The notes beneath the pieces were generated by a model. It made no database searches. It saw only the letters and a program-made list of their open reading frames with translations, and had not been told where the DNA came from. A stretch of 64,000 nt of DNA, from positions 11,901 to 75,900 of the forward strand of contig CAITBM010000006.1 in assembly GCA_903890485.1 (NCBI GenBank), given 5' to 3'. The DNA comes from an uncultured Opitutaceae bacterium (GTDB lineage: Bacteria; Verrucomicrobiota; Verrucomicrobiia; Opitutales; Opitutaceae). The position numbers were made by a program, and so were the translations under genes. Of the stretch, positions 1-8,193 are shown one piece after another. Within the stretch, counting starts at the first letter, position 1; every line of letters starts with the position of its first letter.

Positions 1-1090
1 GGCCGTCATGCCTCGGCCGGTCACAGCCGACGCGGCCAGAAGCGCCGACGGGGAATTGGTCCAGATGGACGCCACGCTGTTGGATCATTTCCGCGGGGCG
101 GCAACCACGACTCTGACGCTCAAGAGGGATGGCGCCCCGTTCAGCGCGGTTTTGCCACTCCAGACGGGGGCAGCCCCTCTCCCGGCGGCCGGCAGCCTCG
201 TCCGGCTGACGGGAGTCGTGCGTGCGCTCCAGGCACCCGCCATCGGCTCCCCGTTCCCCTGGACACCGGGTTCGTTCGAGCTCCGCCTGCGGACTGCCGG
301 GGACCTACTGGTCTTGCAGCGACCGGAGATCAGCGTCGCGTTCTGGCTTCTCGGGGGCGCCACGGTGTTGGCCTCGGGGGCCTTGCTGCTCGCCGGACTG
401 CTCTGGCGGCAGTCAAAGGTAAAGCTGCGCGAGCAGAAGATCAAGCGCATCGCCCGCGAGGCGGAGTTTGCCGCGATCATCAAGGAACGCATGCGCCTGG
501 CCCGTGAAATCCACGACAGCCTCGCGCAGGGTTTCACGGCCGTCTCCATCCAGCTCGAAATGGCCAAACTCAAATTGCCCGCCTCGGCCAACATGGCCTG
601 CGAGCACATCGCGGCAGCCCACGCCCTCGTGCGCGAAAGCCTCGCCGAGGCCCGCCGTTCCATCCAGGGCCTGCGCCATGAAACCTTGTCCAACGAGGAT
701 TTCCTCGCCGCCCTGAAGCGTTCCGGCACCAGGATTCTTAAGGACACGGCGATCGCGTTTCACCCGGAGCTGGAAGGGGACATTGCCAGGCTCGGCGCCG
801 AAGCGGAAAATGAGCTCTTGCGCATTGCCACTGAGGCGATGACCAACGCCGTCAAGCACGCAAAGGCGCGGAACATCCGCATAACCTGCCGCGTCCTTGA
901 TAATTATGGAGAACTGCGTGTCAGCGACGATGGCGTCGGACTATCCGCCGGCTCCAAGCCCGCTACTGGCTTTGGACTCCGCGGCATGCAGGAACGGGCC
1001 CAACGGCTGAACGGCCATCTGGTCGTCACCAGTGAACCCGGGCTCGGCACCCACATCATCGCCCGGATCCCTCTCTTAATCACCGCATGA
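1..1090 (+). CDS. sensor histidine kinase (HisKA_3 / NarL-partner type); N-terminus probably lies upstream of the window
   Basis: The frame is open to the window edge. A TM helix (FWLLGGATVLASGALLLAGLLW) is followed by the HisKA_3 H-box EIHDSLAQ and HATPase_c motifs (TNAVKHA, DDGVG, GFGLRGM). The stop overlaps the next start (ATGA at 1087-1090). Confidence 0.85.
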   Translation, partial: AVMPRPVTADAARSADGELVQMDATLLDHFRGAATTTLTLKRDGAPFSAVLPLQTGAAPLPAAGSLVRLTGVVRALQAPAIGSPFPWTPGSFELRLRTAGDLLVLQRPEISVAFWLLGGATVLASGALLLAGLLWRQSKVKLREQKIKRIAREAEFAAIIKERMRLAREIHDSLAQGFTAVSIQLEMAKLKLPASANMACEHIAAAHALVRESLAEARRSIQGLRHETLSNEDFLAALKRSGTRILKDTAIAFHPELEGDIARLGAEAENELLRIATEAMTNAVKHAKARNIRITCRVLDNYGELRVSDDGVGLSAGSKPATGFGLRGMQERAQRLNGHLVVTSEPGLGTHIIARIPLLITA

Positions 1091-1728
1091 CCCCCCCCAT
1101 CCGCTTGCTCGTCGTCGATGATCATCCCGCTTTTCGCGCCGGACTCCGGGCCATGTTAAACGAAACGTCGCGTTTCACCGTTGTGGGCGAAGCCGCGACC
1201 GTCGGCGAAGCCGTCGCCCTGCACCAACAGCTGAATCCGGATGTGACCTTGATGGATCTGAACCTGCAGGCAGAAAGCGGCGTGGACGCCATCCGCCAAT
1301 TGCTCCGGCAACGGGCGGATGCCTGCGTGATCGTACTCTCGACCTTTGATATGAGCGAGGACATCCACCGCGCCTTCGAGGCCGGGGCCCGGGCTTACCT
1401 GCTGAAGGACTCTACCCGGACCGAGATCATTTCCGCCATCGAGGCGGTGCACGCGGGCGAACGGTATATGCCACCGAAAATTGAACAGCGCCTGGTCGAG
1501 CGACGCGCCCGACCGGCTCTGTCGGCGAAGGAGTTGGAAATCCTCGGACTCATCGTGCAGGGAAGGAGCAACAAAGAAATCGCCGCTGGTCTGAATATCA
1601 CGGAGTTCACGGTTAAAGGGCACTTGAAGAATATTTTCCTGAAACTGCAGGTGTGCGATCGTACGGAGGCGGCGATCAAAGCGGTTTGGGAAGGGCTCGT
1701 TCACCTCCAGCCCGAAACCTTTGATTAG
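1087..1728 (+). CDS. response regulator, NarL/LuxR family (REC + LuxR HTH)
   Basis: REC motifs LLVVDDHP and TLMDLNL are present. The C-terminal HTH is LSAKELEILGLIVQGRSNKEIAAGLNITEFTVKGHLKNIF. The gene is translationally coupled to the kinase. Confidence 0.9.
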   Translation: MTPPIRLLVVDDHPAFRAGLRAMLNETSRFTVVGEAATVGEAVALHQQLNPDVTLMDLNLQAESGVDAIRQLLRQRADACVIVLSTFDMSEDIHRAFEAGARAYLLKDSTRTEIISAIEAVHAGERYMPPKIEQRLVERRARPALSAKELEILGLIVQGRSNKEIAAGLNITEFTVKGHLKNIFLKLQVCDRTEAAIKAVWEGLVHLQPETFD

Positions 1729-1760
1729 AAGGCGCAAGCATCCGGACGACTTGGTCCCAG

Positions 1761-1973
1761 GTGTCTGATGCAATTCCTCGCGAAGCCAGGTCGCTGGGCG
1801 CATGGCATGGCCGAACTGTCGTGGAATTTCAGTTTCCTGAGCGGAATCGCCGCCGTTTCTGGCTGGTGCTTGCGCGACCCGAAGCTTCCCTTTGCCTTAA
1901 ACCACCCGGCTTCGACACCAACCTAGTCGTGCGCGCAAAACTAGCCGTGTTTTATCGGATAGATACCGCGTAA
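1761..1973 (+). pseudogene. possible truncated remnant of a regulator-associated C-terminal domain
   Basis: The 70-aa ORF has a segment (TVVEFQFPE..RRFWLVLARPEASLCLKPPGFDTNLVVRA..VFYRI). It resembles the C-terminal domain I recall from some winged-helix regulators. There is no N-terminal HTH, and the ORF ends abruptly where GC drops. Confidence 0.3.
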
Positions 1974-2224
1974 TTCGGTCGTCTAAAGGCTCTCTCGATG
2001 TGCTTCGATAAAAGCGTCGGCTGCACGGAAAGATTGAAGCACCGCAATGTCGCTGGGCTCGACCACCGGAGGTAGTATTTGGAGGAGTTGCCAAAAGTTG
2101 CCGAGGGCCCTTCATTTGACTTCACCTCATGAAATCTCACTGCTCTTATTTGCACGTTCTAAACCACTAACCCATAACTAAGTCCGCGTCAGCGCGGTAA
2201 CTTAGCTTCGAACGGCTTCTCACT

Positions 2225-2247
2225 TTCGAATCCCCGTGGGGACGCCA
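2225..2247 (+). repeat. tRNA-Glu 3'-end-like fragment (copy A); not an intact tRNA
   Basis: TTCGAATCCCCGTGGGGACGCCA matches T-loop, 3' T-stem, acceptor and CCA of bacterial tRNA-Glu. No complementary 5' acceptor or 5' T-stem lies upstream. Confidence 0.5.
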
Positions 2248-2440
2248 CGGTTTTAGACCCTATCCATCAATGAGATGATGAGTAACACATCCAATGTCGG
2301 ATTTGGCCATCTGTTGGGGTTTTCGTTTCTAGAGTTTCAGCTAAGTGACAATACAGGTGACAATAAATCGCCAATGAACGTGGAGACCTTGGGATGTCGC
2401 CAATCATTGCCAAAATCTATTCGAAAGGCCGATGGCTCGA

Positions 2441-2863
2441 TCAAATGCGACCAGCTTTTCGTTCAGCGATTAGGAAGAGCCCAGGCGTGCTGACTCTCAT
2501 TCCATAGACGTGAGACCCAATCACCTTTTGGAAGTCCCCTTCATCCAATGTCAGTAGGTAGTCGGATTCAGCTCCAAGCGCCGAAAGCAGAACGGGACGG
2601 TCCTTGGCCTTTGGAAATACGAGTACCTTGTCGAAGGCGAGTTCGGTCGGCACAAAGGCGAGCTTAGGAACCAACGACCCGATCAAGGTCGTGGACGCCT
2701 TGCGCCCGACCTTGGCAACGTTGCGCTGCGCTTCCTCCAGGCAGTAATGGGTTGTTATGAGCACCCACCCGCGGATGGTCGCCTGTGTAAAAAGAAAACG
2801 GGATGCCCCATTTTCTGAGCCGGCGGCTGCCAAAAGGACGCTGGTATCGATAAATAGCTTCAC
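2441..2863 (-). CDS. PIN-domain ribonuclease toxin (VapC-like)
   Basis: The N-terminus MKLFIDTSVLL carries the PIN acidic residue. The protein is 140 aa. It overlaps the upstream small antitoxin gene by 4 nt. Confidence 0.8.
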   Translation of the reverse strand: MKLFIDTSVLLAAAGSENGASRFLFTQATIRGWVLITTHYCLEEAQRNVAKVGRKASTTLIGSLVPKLAFVPTELAFDKVLVFPKAKDRPVLLSALGAESDYLLTLDEGDFQKVIGSHVYGMRVSTPGLFLIAERKAGRI

Positions 2864-3111
2864 TTCCGCTTGCGCTTACCGGCACTCGCAAACTCTGCCA
2901 TCTCAGCCTCGTCCCGTGCGATCCAGCGTTCGATGGTTTCCTTTGGAATGTCACGCATTGGAACAGCGGCGGCAGGCTGAAGGAAAAGACCTCCTTCGCG
3001 CTCCTCAACGATCACCATGGGGCTCGAAAATCGGTCGAGCCCGAGCCGACGGCGCATATCGGGTGGAAGCGTCAATGCTCCACGTTTACTTACAGGAAGA
3101 GTTGTTGCCAT
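2860..3111 (-). CDS. AbrB/SpoVT-MazE-type antitoxin
   Basis: 83 aa. The N-terminal swapped-hairpin-like motif is LPVSKRGALTLPPDMRRRLGL. It lies directly upstream of and overlaps the PIN gene. Confidence 0.7.
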   Translation of the reverse strand: MATTLPVSKRGALTLPPDMRRRLGLDRFSSPMVIVEEREGGLFLQPAAAVPMRDIPKETIERWIARDEAEMAEFASAGKRKRK

Positions 3112-3456
3112 GCCGCTATGCTGCTATGCCGCATTGCCGCTAGCAAGCATCAACAAGATCCCTAAGCCCATGATTTCTTGAATGGCGTAGCCCGTCTGGG
3201 TTTTTCTGCGGGCACCGATGCGGCAATGGGGACATCGCCGACTGCTCAACTGAGACACTTTGAGATTAACCGAGGCTAGACGGGCTTTCGGTTCACTGCC
3301 GGGCCTTCGGATACCGCGAAGCGAGGCAATACCCCTGAAATCCACCCCGACCGAAATGAGACCGGGGATTCTTCACGCAACGAGGTAAGGTTTCTTGGGT
3401 CGCCGCGTCTTAATTGTAGTCAGAAACCCAAAACGCTAACTAATCCAATAAAGATC

Positions 3457-3858
3457 ATGTCCATTCGCTTCATCACAAAGTACGTACACGCCTACCTCGA
3501 TTACCCCGTTGCGCTAAGCCTAACGGTCGCGCCGTTCCTGCTTCACCTCGGATCTTCCAACCCCCTCGCACTCTGGTTGTCGGTTGCTACGGGGATCGCA
3601 GCTCTCTTGCTGACGCTTTTGACCGACCACCAGCTAGGTTTGGTTCGGGTGTTGCCCTACGGGTTCCATGTCGCCGTGGACCGCCTCGTCGGACTCACCT
3701 TTCTCGCTGCGCCCTTTGTCTTCCATTTGAAAGGCCTCGATGCGGCATACTACTGGGCAAACGCGGCAGCCGTGTTGACTGTAACGTTCCTGCTTAACGC
3801 GCCAGAACCAGCCTCAAAACGAGTATCGGCGGACGGCCGCGCCGCAAACGCAATTTGA
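3457..3858 (+). CDS. small 4-TM membrane protein with internal two-fold repeat (SPW-repeat-like)
   Basis: Two similar halves are present (..LSLTVAPFLLHLG.. and ..LTFLAAPFVFHLKG..), each followed by a second hydrophobic helix. Confidence 0.55.
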   Translation: MSIRFITKYVHAYLDYPVALSLTVAPFLLHLGSSNPLALWLSVATGIAALLLTLLTDHQLGLVRVLPYGFHVAVDRLVGLTFLAAPFVFHLKGLDAAYYWANAAAVLTVTFLLNAPEPASKRVSADGRAANAI

Positions 3859-3980
3859 AAGCCGAGTATTGCAGCGGATTGAATCTAGCCTATCCGGGCC
3901 GCATCGAATGCTAACATAATCGGTCTCTCTCGCAATCCGAAGGTCGCTAATTCAGATCTAAGCCTCGCACCCAATGTTAT

Positions 3981-4011
3981 GGCCCTTGGATCCACTCCAA
4001 GGGCCTTTTTG
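3981..4011 (+). terminator. rho-independent terminator
   Basis: GGCCCTTGGA-TCCAC-TCCAAGGGCC is a perfect 10-bp stem, followed by TTTTTG. Confidence 0.6.
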
Positions 4012-4237
4012 TTGCCCGCCGACATCTATGTGACGACGTCCGGAGGCCTCCGATTGAACGCAGGTGGTTGACGTTCCAATACGCGTCGTTTCAAAGACAG
4101 TCCGTATTAGGGACAGAGCTACCTCTATAGATTTCAGCCGAGCCACTGGCAACAGCCCGAGTGTTTGCAGATGCAACTACCTTTTGCTCTCAGAGCGAAA
4201 GCGGGTAAGCGGTTGATCTCCAATAGCGGGCGCGTCT

Positions 4238-4267
4238 ACAGGGGTTCGAGTCATTGTGGGGACGCTA
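4238..4267 (+). repeat. tRNA-Glu 3'-end-like fragment (copy C, degenerate)
   Basis: Compare ACAGGGGTTCGAGTCATTGTGGGGACGCTA with canonical ACAGGGGTTCGAATCCCCTAGGGGACGCCA. The T-stem is no longer complementary. It abuts the stop of the PIN gene at 4269. Confidence 0.45.
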
Positions 4268-4268
4268 G

Positions 4269-4703
4269 CTATACCATCGCTAATCCAGCGGACTTGGCCA
4301 CCGACGCTTGCCTGTCGTCGAAGGTGGCAAACTGCTTTGCTTTGAGCGCCAATGCGCTCCCAACGTGCAGAATATCCATTCCACGCGCGCCAATTGATTC
4401 AGTAAAGGCACGGCTCAGAACCTCGGAGTGTTTGAAAGCCTTCGGCCAATCTAGCGGAACTGGGTATAGAAATCCCTCAGAGGCGTCTCTTTCCATCTCA
4501 TAAAGTGACTTTTCTCTCTGGCCTGAGGTAATCTGACGACGAAACACACATAGACGTATAGCATTCCGCAATTCGTGCTCAACCAGCGGGGTGAAGAACA
4601 CGGGCATTAGTTTCGCTGCCAAAGCCGCCGCACGCTCTGAATGAGCGTCTTTCACATACAGCGACACAAGGAAGCTCGTGTCAGCATAAGTTGGGGTTGC
4701 CAT
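4269..4703 (-). CDS. vapC: PIN-domain toxin VapC
   Basis: The N-terminus YADTSFLVSLY is the PIN motif. The protein is 144 aa and overlaps the antitoxin gene by 1 nt. Confidence 0.85.
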   Translation of the reverse strand: MATPTYADTSFLVSLYVKDAHSERAAALAAKLMPVFFTPLVEHELRNAIRLCVFRRQITSGQREKSLYEMERDASEGFLYPVPLDWPKAFKHSEVLSRAFTESIGARGMDILHVGSALALKAKQFATFDDRQASVAKSAGLAMV

Positions 4704-4963
4704 TAGTATCGGCCCTTGTTTTCCGATAGAATTTCCGCCATCGCTTCGGCAGAGACTACCTTTTCCCCGTAGATTCCATTCAACCTAGCGATGAAATCGG
4801 GAAGCATTGGCTTCGTTCTCGGAGCATCGCCCGCCGGAACCAGGTTGGCCACCACCTTGCGACGCCGGGTGATCGCAACGTCTTGCCCTGAATTAACCCA
4901 GGCTAGAACCTTCGGGAATTCAGTTCGCAGCTGCCGGACAGATGCAGTTTTCATGTGAATCAT
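4703..4963 (-). CDS. Phd/YefM-type antitoxin
   Basis: The motif SVRQLRTEFPKVLAWVNSGQDVAITRRRKVVANLVP is a typical Phd/YefM N-terminus. The start may be the second ATG at 4954. Confidence 0.75.
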   Translation of the reverse strand: MIHMKTASVRQLRTEFPKVLAWVNSGQDVAITRRRKVVANLVPAGDAPRTKPMLPDFIARLNGIYGEKVVSAEAMAEILSENKGRY

Positions 4964-5186
4964 AATGTTTCACAGAGATGGGAAGTCAAGCCGGAGGCCT
5001 ATCGGCCCCCGACCTGTGCTGCTTGGACCAAATCGTCCTAGGGATCTCGCACCGCCATCCCATTTTTGATGCTCAAGGATGTGAGAATGAAAGTGAGAAT
5101 AGCGTGGATGTTTGCCGCTGTCGCAGAAGTCCACAAACCAACGGTTATTAACGTAGATCCCTGACTATCAATATAGGGCGGTGGAT

Positions 5187-5215
5187 ACCGGGGCTCGAAT
5201 CCCCGCGGGAAGCCA
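5187..5215 (+). repeat. tRNA 3'-end-like fragment (copy B) with intact T-arm
   Basis: ACCGGGGCTCGAATCCCCGCGGGAAGCCA has a T-stem CGGGG/CCCCG around CTCGAAT. No anticodon or D arm and no 5' acceptor lies upstream. Confidence 0.5.
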
Positions 5216-5224
5216 GATTTCCAA

Positions 5225-5268
5225 GAACCCTATCAGTAACATGATAGGGTTCTTCGTTTCTTGGTTTT
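5225..5268 (+). terminator. rho-independent terminator immediately after tRNA-like fragment B
   Basis: GAACCCTATCA-GTAACA-TGATAGGGTTC is a perfect 11-bp stem, followed by TTCGTTTCTTGGTTTT. Confidence 0.6.
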
Positions 5269-5460
5269 GAGCCACGTGACAATTCAAGTGACGCTAAGTC
5301 AACCAGCGACACCAAAATTACCGACGTGTCTGTGTGCCACCAACAGCCGCCTATATTTCCGTTTTCGCTACTAATTCTCTATAAACACCTTTTCGTGACA
5401 CTCGAGCTACCCGACGTAGGCCGACGGCACTCCGAGAGAAACCTCGCCTAACCCATTGAT

Positions 5461-5745
5461 CTATCGGTCGCGGACATGATGCAGTGTATCGGTAGTCACG
5501 CCTGGATGATTATAGTCTGTGCTGTGACGGGGACGTTCCGGATGGGGGTGTCCCGTGATCGGGGGTTCGACCGATCTCGCCGGCTTGGCATCGACTTCGA
5601 ATGTCGTCCCGTGCCGCGCGAGGATTTCTCGTTCAGCCTGTAGCCAATTTTCCTCGCAGCTGCCCTCCGGCCGACCGGTTTCTTCCCAAATCTGATGGGC
5701 CCGTCGTGCAATATGCTCATGACTGACTAAAGATGTTGAATTCAT
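5461..5745 (-). CDS. DUF2934-domain protein
   Basis: The motif IARRAHQIWEETGRPEGSCEENWLQAEREI matches DUF2934. The start is taken at internal MNSTS, since the upstream extension looks non-coding. Confidence 0.7.
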   Translation of the reverse strand: MNSTSLVSHEHIARRAHQIWEETGRPEGSCEENWLQAEREILARHGTTFEVDAKPARSVEPPITGHPHPERPRHSTDYNHPGVTTDTLHHVRDR

Positions 5746-5883
5746 ATTTTGGTGTTTGATGCGGAAATACCATGAAAAGGCGGACCGGCCTCCCAATTTG
5801 TGATGTTTAGGTGTCCGTTGGACACAGGCCAGAGGTCCGCCAATTCTAGATCACATGCTTCGCCCTGAGCGGGATTCATCACT

Positions 5884-6132
5884 TCAGGCTGAACTCTTTG
5901 CCGAACGACGCCACGCGGTTTCGGCATGCTTTCCATAGTCCTCGAAGGCTTTACGCAAGCCGCCCAGCACCTCGGCGCTGGTTTCGAGCAACGCTTGAAA
6001 CTGCGGTTCAGGAACCCGCTCGATGTCCTTACGCAAATGGTCGATCAAATTTGTGATCTCCTGCTGCAGGTGAGCGGAATGAACCGTGGGTTCCGAGGAA
6101 GACTCGTCGTTAGGTATCTCCATGGTTCGCAT
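5884..6132 (-). CDS. hypothetical small helical protein
   Basis: 82-aa ORF, acidic at the N-terminus, predicted helical, with no recognised family. It is on the same strand as the DUF2934 gene. Confidence 0.4.
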   Translation of the reverse strand: MRTMEIPNDESSSEPTVHSAHLQQEITNLIDHLRKDIERVPEPQFQALLETSAEVLGGLRKAFEDYGKHAETAWRRSAKSSA

Positions 6133-6446
6133 TGGAGTGACGGTACAGCAGTCTCCAAGCGTGGACCATGGGGTGTTACCCGTAAAAATCGGGACTCAAC
6201 GAATCGACCAAGACACGGTTTAGGCCAATCTCCCACGATGAACCCCATTTTCTGGCCCGTAGCCGTTGGGTAAATACTTGAGCCCTAGCGACAGGACCAC
6301 GATAACTTCAATCCGTATGGCTCATTGGGCGTTTTCCTCCGAAGGAACGGCGCCAAGCGTATCATGTCATTGCGGTCCCGATTCGCCTCGACCCGCAAAA
6401 CCCCTAACTCTCCCACGGGCTTGAGAAGCGTGGGCCCTTCAACTCA

Positions 6447-8012
6447 ATGCTCTTCCTTACCCCCCGTCTCCGCCTCGCCTTGCTGATTGCCGGTGCCTTG
6501 TCCACTTCCGTGGGCGCCCAAGCCGAGACGCCGATCGCGGCGGTCGAGCCCGCTGCGCCCAAGGCTCCAGCTTCCGCCTCGCTCAAGGAAACCTTCAAAA
6601 ACCAATTCCTCGTCGGGGTTGCCCTCAACCCGCGACAGTTCGGTGACTCAGACCCACAAACCACCGCGGTCATCACTCACGAGTTCAACTGCGCCACAGC
6701 TGAGAACGACATGAAATGGGAGGCTCTCGAACCCAAGCCCAACACGTTCCGCTTCGAACGGGCCGACAAGTTCATCGATTTCTGCCTCCGGCACGACTTG
6801 GTCGTCATCGGCCACAACCTGTGCTGGCACTCCCAGCTGCCCTCCTGGGTTTCAAAGCCCGACCCGGGAGCGGAAACGCTGACCAAGGAGGTCCTGATCG
6901 CCCGCCTCAAGAACCACGTGCAGACGGTCGCGGCCCACTTCAAGGGCCACGTCCGCGGCTGGGACGTCGTCAACGAGGCGATCAACGACGGCAACGGCGA
7001 ATATCGCAATTCCGTCTTCTACCGTCTGATCGGCAAGGAGTACCTTGCGCTCGCGTTCAAGTGGGCGCACGAAGCCGACCCCGACGCCGAGCTCTATTAC
7101 AACGACTACAACCTCGATGCCGACGATGCCAAGCGCGCCCGTGCCGTCGAGCTCGTGAAGTATCTCCGCGAACAGGGCGCACGCATCGACGGCATCGGCC
7201 TCCAGGGGCACTATAATCTCAGCACCCCCACTGCCGCGAAGATCGACAAAACTATCCAAATGTTCGCCGACCTTGGCCTAAAGGTGATGATCACCGAGCT
7301 CGACGTGGAGGCGATCTATGACTCCCATGTCACCGGTGCAGTCGGCGCCAACACGGCCGGCGAGCAGCCACGCCGCCGCTTCTTCCCCACCACGGAAACG
7401 CTGAAGTCGAAGCTGGCGCTGACCGACGCCGAAACGGTGCAGATCGAGCCAATCTTCGAGAAGGCGGCTAAGGACATCAGCGCAGCCATCAGCACGGGCG
7501 AGTTTGGCCTTATCCGCGAAATCCGGGAGGCAGCGGGAGAACAGGCCGCCAAGCTCCTCACAGTGTCCCAGCGGCCGCCCTTCGCCGAACTGATGTCCGA
7601 GCCGCTCCGCGGCCCGGTCGGTCCCCCGCCGCCGCCGCTCACCGCGGAGCAGCAGCGCGACCTTGCGCGGCGTTACGCCGAGATCTTCGCGGTGTTCCTG
7701 AAGCACCGGCAATCGATTACTCGGGTTACCTTCTGGGGCTTGCGCGACTCCGAGTCCTGGCGCGGCAGGTCGAGCCCGCTCCTGTTCGACGCCAATTTCC
7801 AACGCAAACCCGCCTACGATGCTGTCATGGCCGTCGCCCAACAAGCCGCGCCGCAGGACCAGCCGGCCAGGCCGATCCATCAACCCCTGCGAACTATTTA
7901 TATTCCAAGCCCGGGAAAGGCCATTTGTTGCCCCAATCGGTTGTGGTCTAGGTTACGTAGGGGTGTTTCCCTCTCTCGAAGCCAACGATCGCTGGCGAAA
8001 AGTTCGTTTTAG
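6447..8012 (+). CDS. secreted GH10 endo-1,4-beta-xylanase with an extra helical insertion
   Basis: A signal peptide is present. GH10 blocks are ENDMKWE, WDVVNEA (acid/base Glu), YYNDYN, GIGLQGH, ITELDV (nucleophile Glu) and VTFWGLRDSESW. Confidence 0.9.
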   Translation: MLFLTPRLRLALLIAGALSTSVGAQAETPIAAVEPAAPKAPASASLKETFKNQFLVGVALNPRQFGDSDPQTTAVITHEFNCATAENDMKWEALEPKPNTFRFERADKFIDFCLRHDLVVIGHNLCWHSQLPSWVSKPDPGAETLTKEVLIARLKNHVQTVAAHFKGHVRGWDVVNEAINDGNGEYRNSVFYRLIGKEYLALAFKWAHEADPDAELYYNDYNLDADDAKRARAVELVKYLREQGARIDGIGLQGHYNLSTPTAAKIDKTIQMFADLGLKVMITELDVEAIYDSHVTGAVGANTAGEQPRRRFFPTTETLKSKLALTDAETVQIEPIFEKAAKDISAAISTGEFGLIREIREAAGEQAAKLLTVSQRPPFAELMSEPLRGPVGPPPPPLTAEQQRDLARRYAEIFAVFLKHRQSITRVTFWGLRDSESWRGRSSPLLFDANFQRKPAYDAVMAVAQQAAPQDQPARPIHQPLRTIYIPSPGKAICCPNRLWSRLRRGVSLSRSQRSLAKSSF

Positions 8013-8193
8013 TCGACAATGAGTATCCGCCCCCAAATCCAACCCCTGTCATGAGTCCTCTAGTCCCTTCTGTCGGCCCCGAAAGACTCCGGTCGCTCGC
8101 GCTGCTGGCGATAGCCTGCATGATTTGGAAACGGCCCATTGGTTTGGGCCCAACCAAACGGGGCTCAGACAAAATCGTTACCCAAGGAAATTT

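Larger units (their letters stand above)
2225..5305 (+). mobile_element. putative decayed integrative islet array (cassettes delimited by tRNA-like fragments; no integrase present)
   Basis: Three co-oriented tRNA-3'-like fragments sit at 2225, 4238 and 5187. Copies A and B share a flank. GC is lower by eye. Cargo is TA modules and small genes. Confidence 0.35.

Noticed and set aside
1974-2247. A possible intact tRNA or tmRNA ending at the ..TTCGAATCCCCGTGGGGACGCCA sequence.
   Set aside because: No 5' acceptor strand (GTCCCCA) exists upstream. The 5' T-stem is not complementary. There is no tmRNA-like 5' end or tag reading frame. I treat it as a fragment, and tRNAscan-SE or Infernal should confirm.
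2225-6400. Integron-like cassette array (CALIN), with the repeated flanks as attC sites.
   Set aside because: I could not find paired R''/R' (RYYYAAC...GTTRRRY) cores bounding the repeats. There is no intI. The cassettes are not uniformly single-ORF. The tRNA-like sequence fits att-site remnants better.
7839-8012. The basic, low-complexity C-terminal tail of the GH10 ORF, as a sign of a frameshift or a fused extra gene.
   Set aside because: No alternative frame gives a recognisable domain here. The tail may be a linker or read-through to the first stop. The sequence alone cannot decide.
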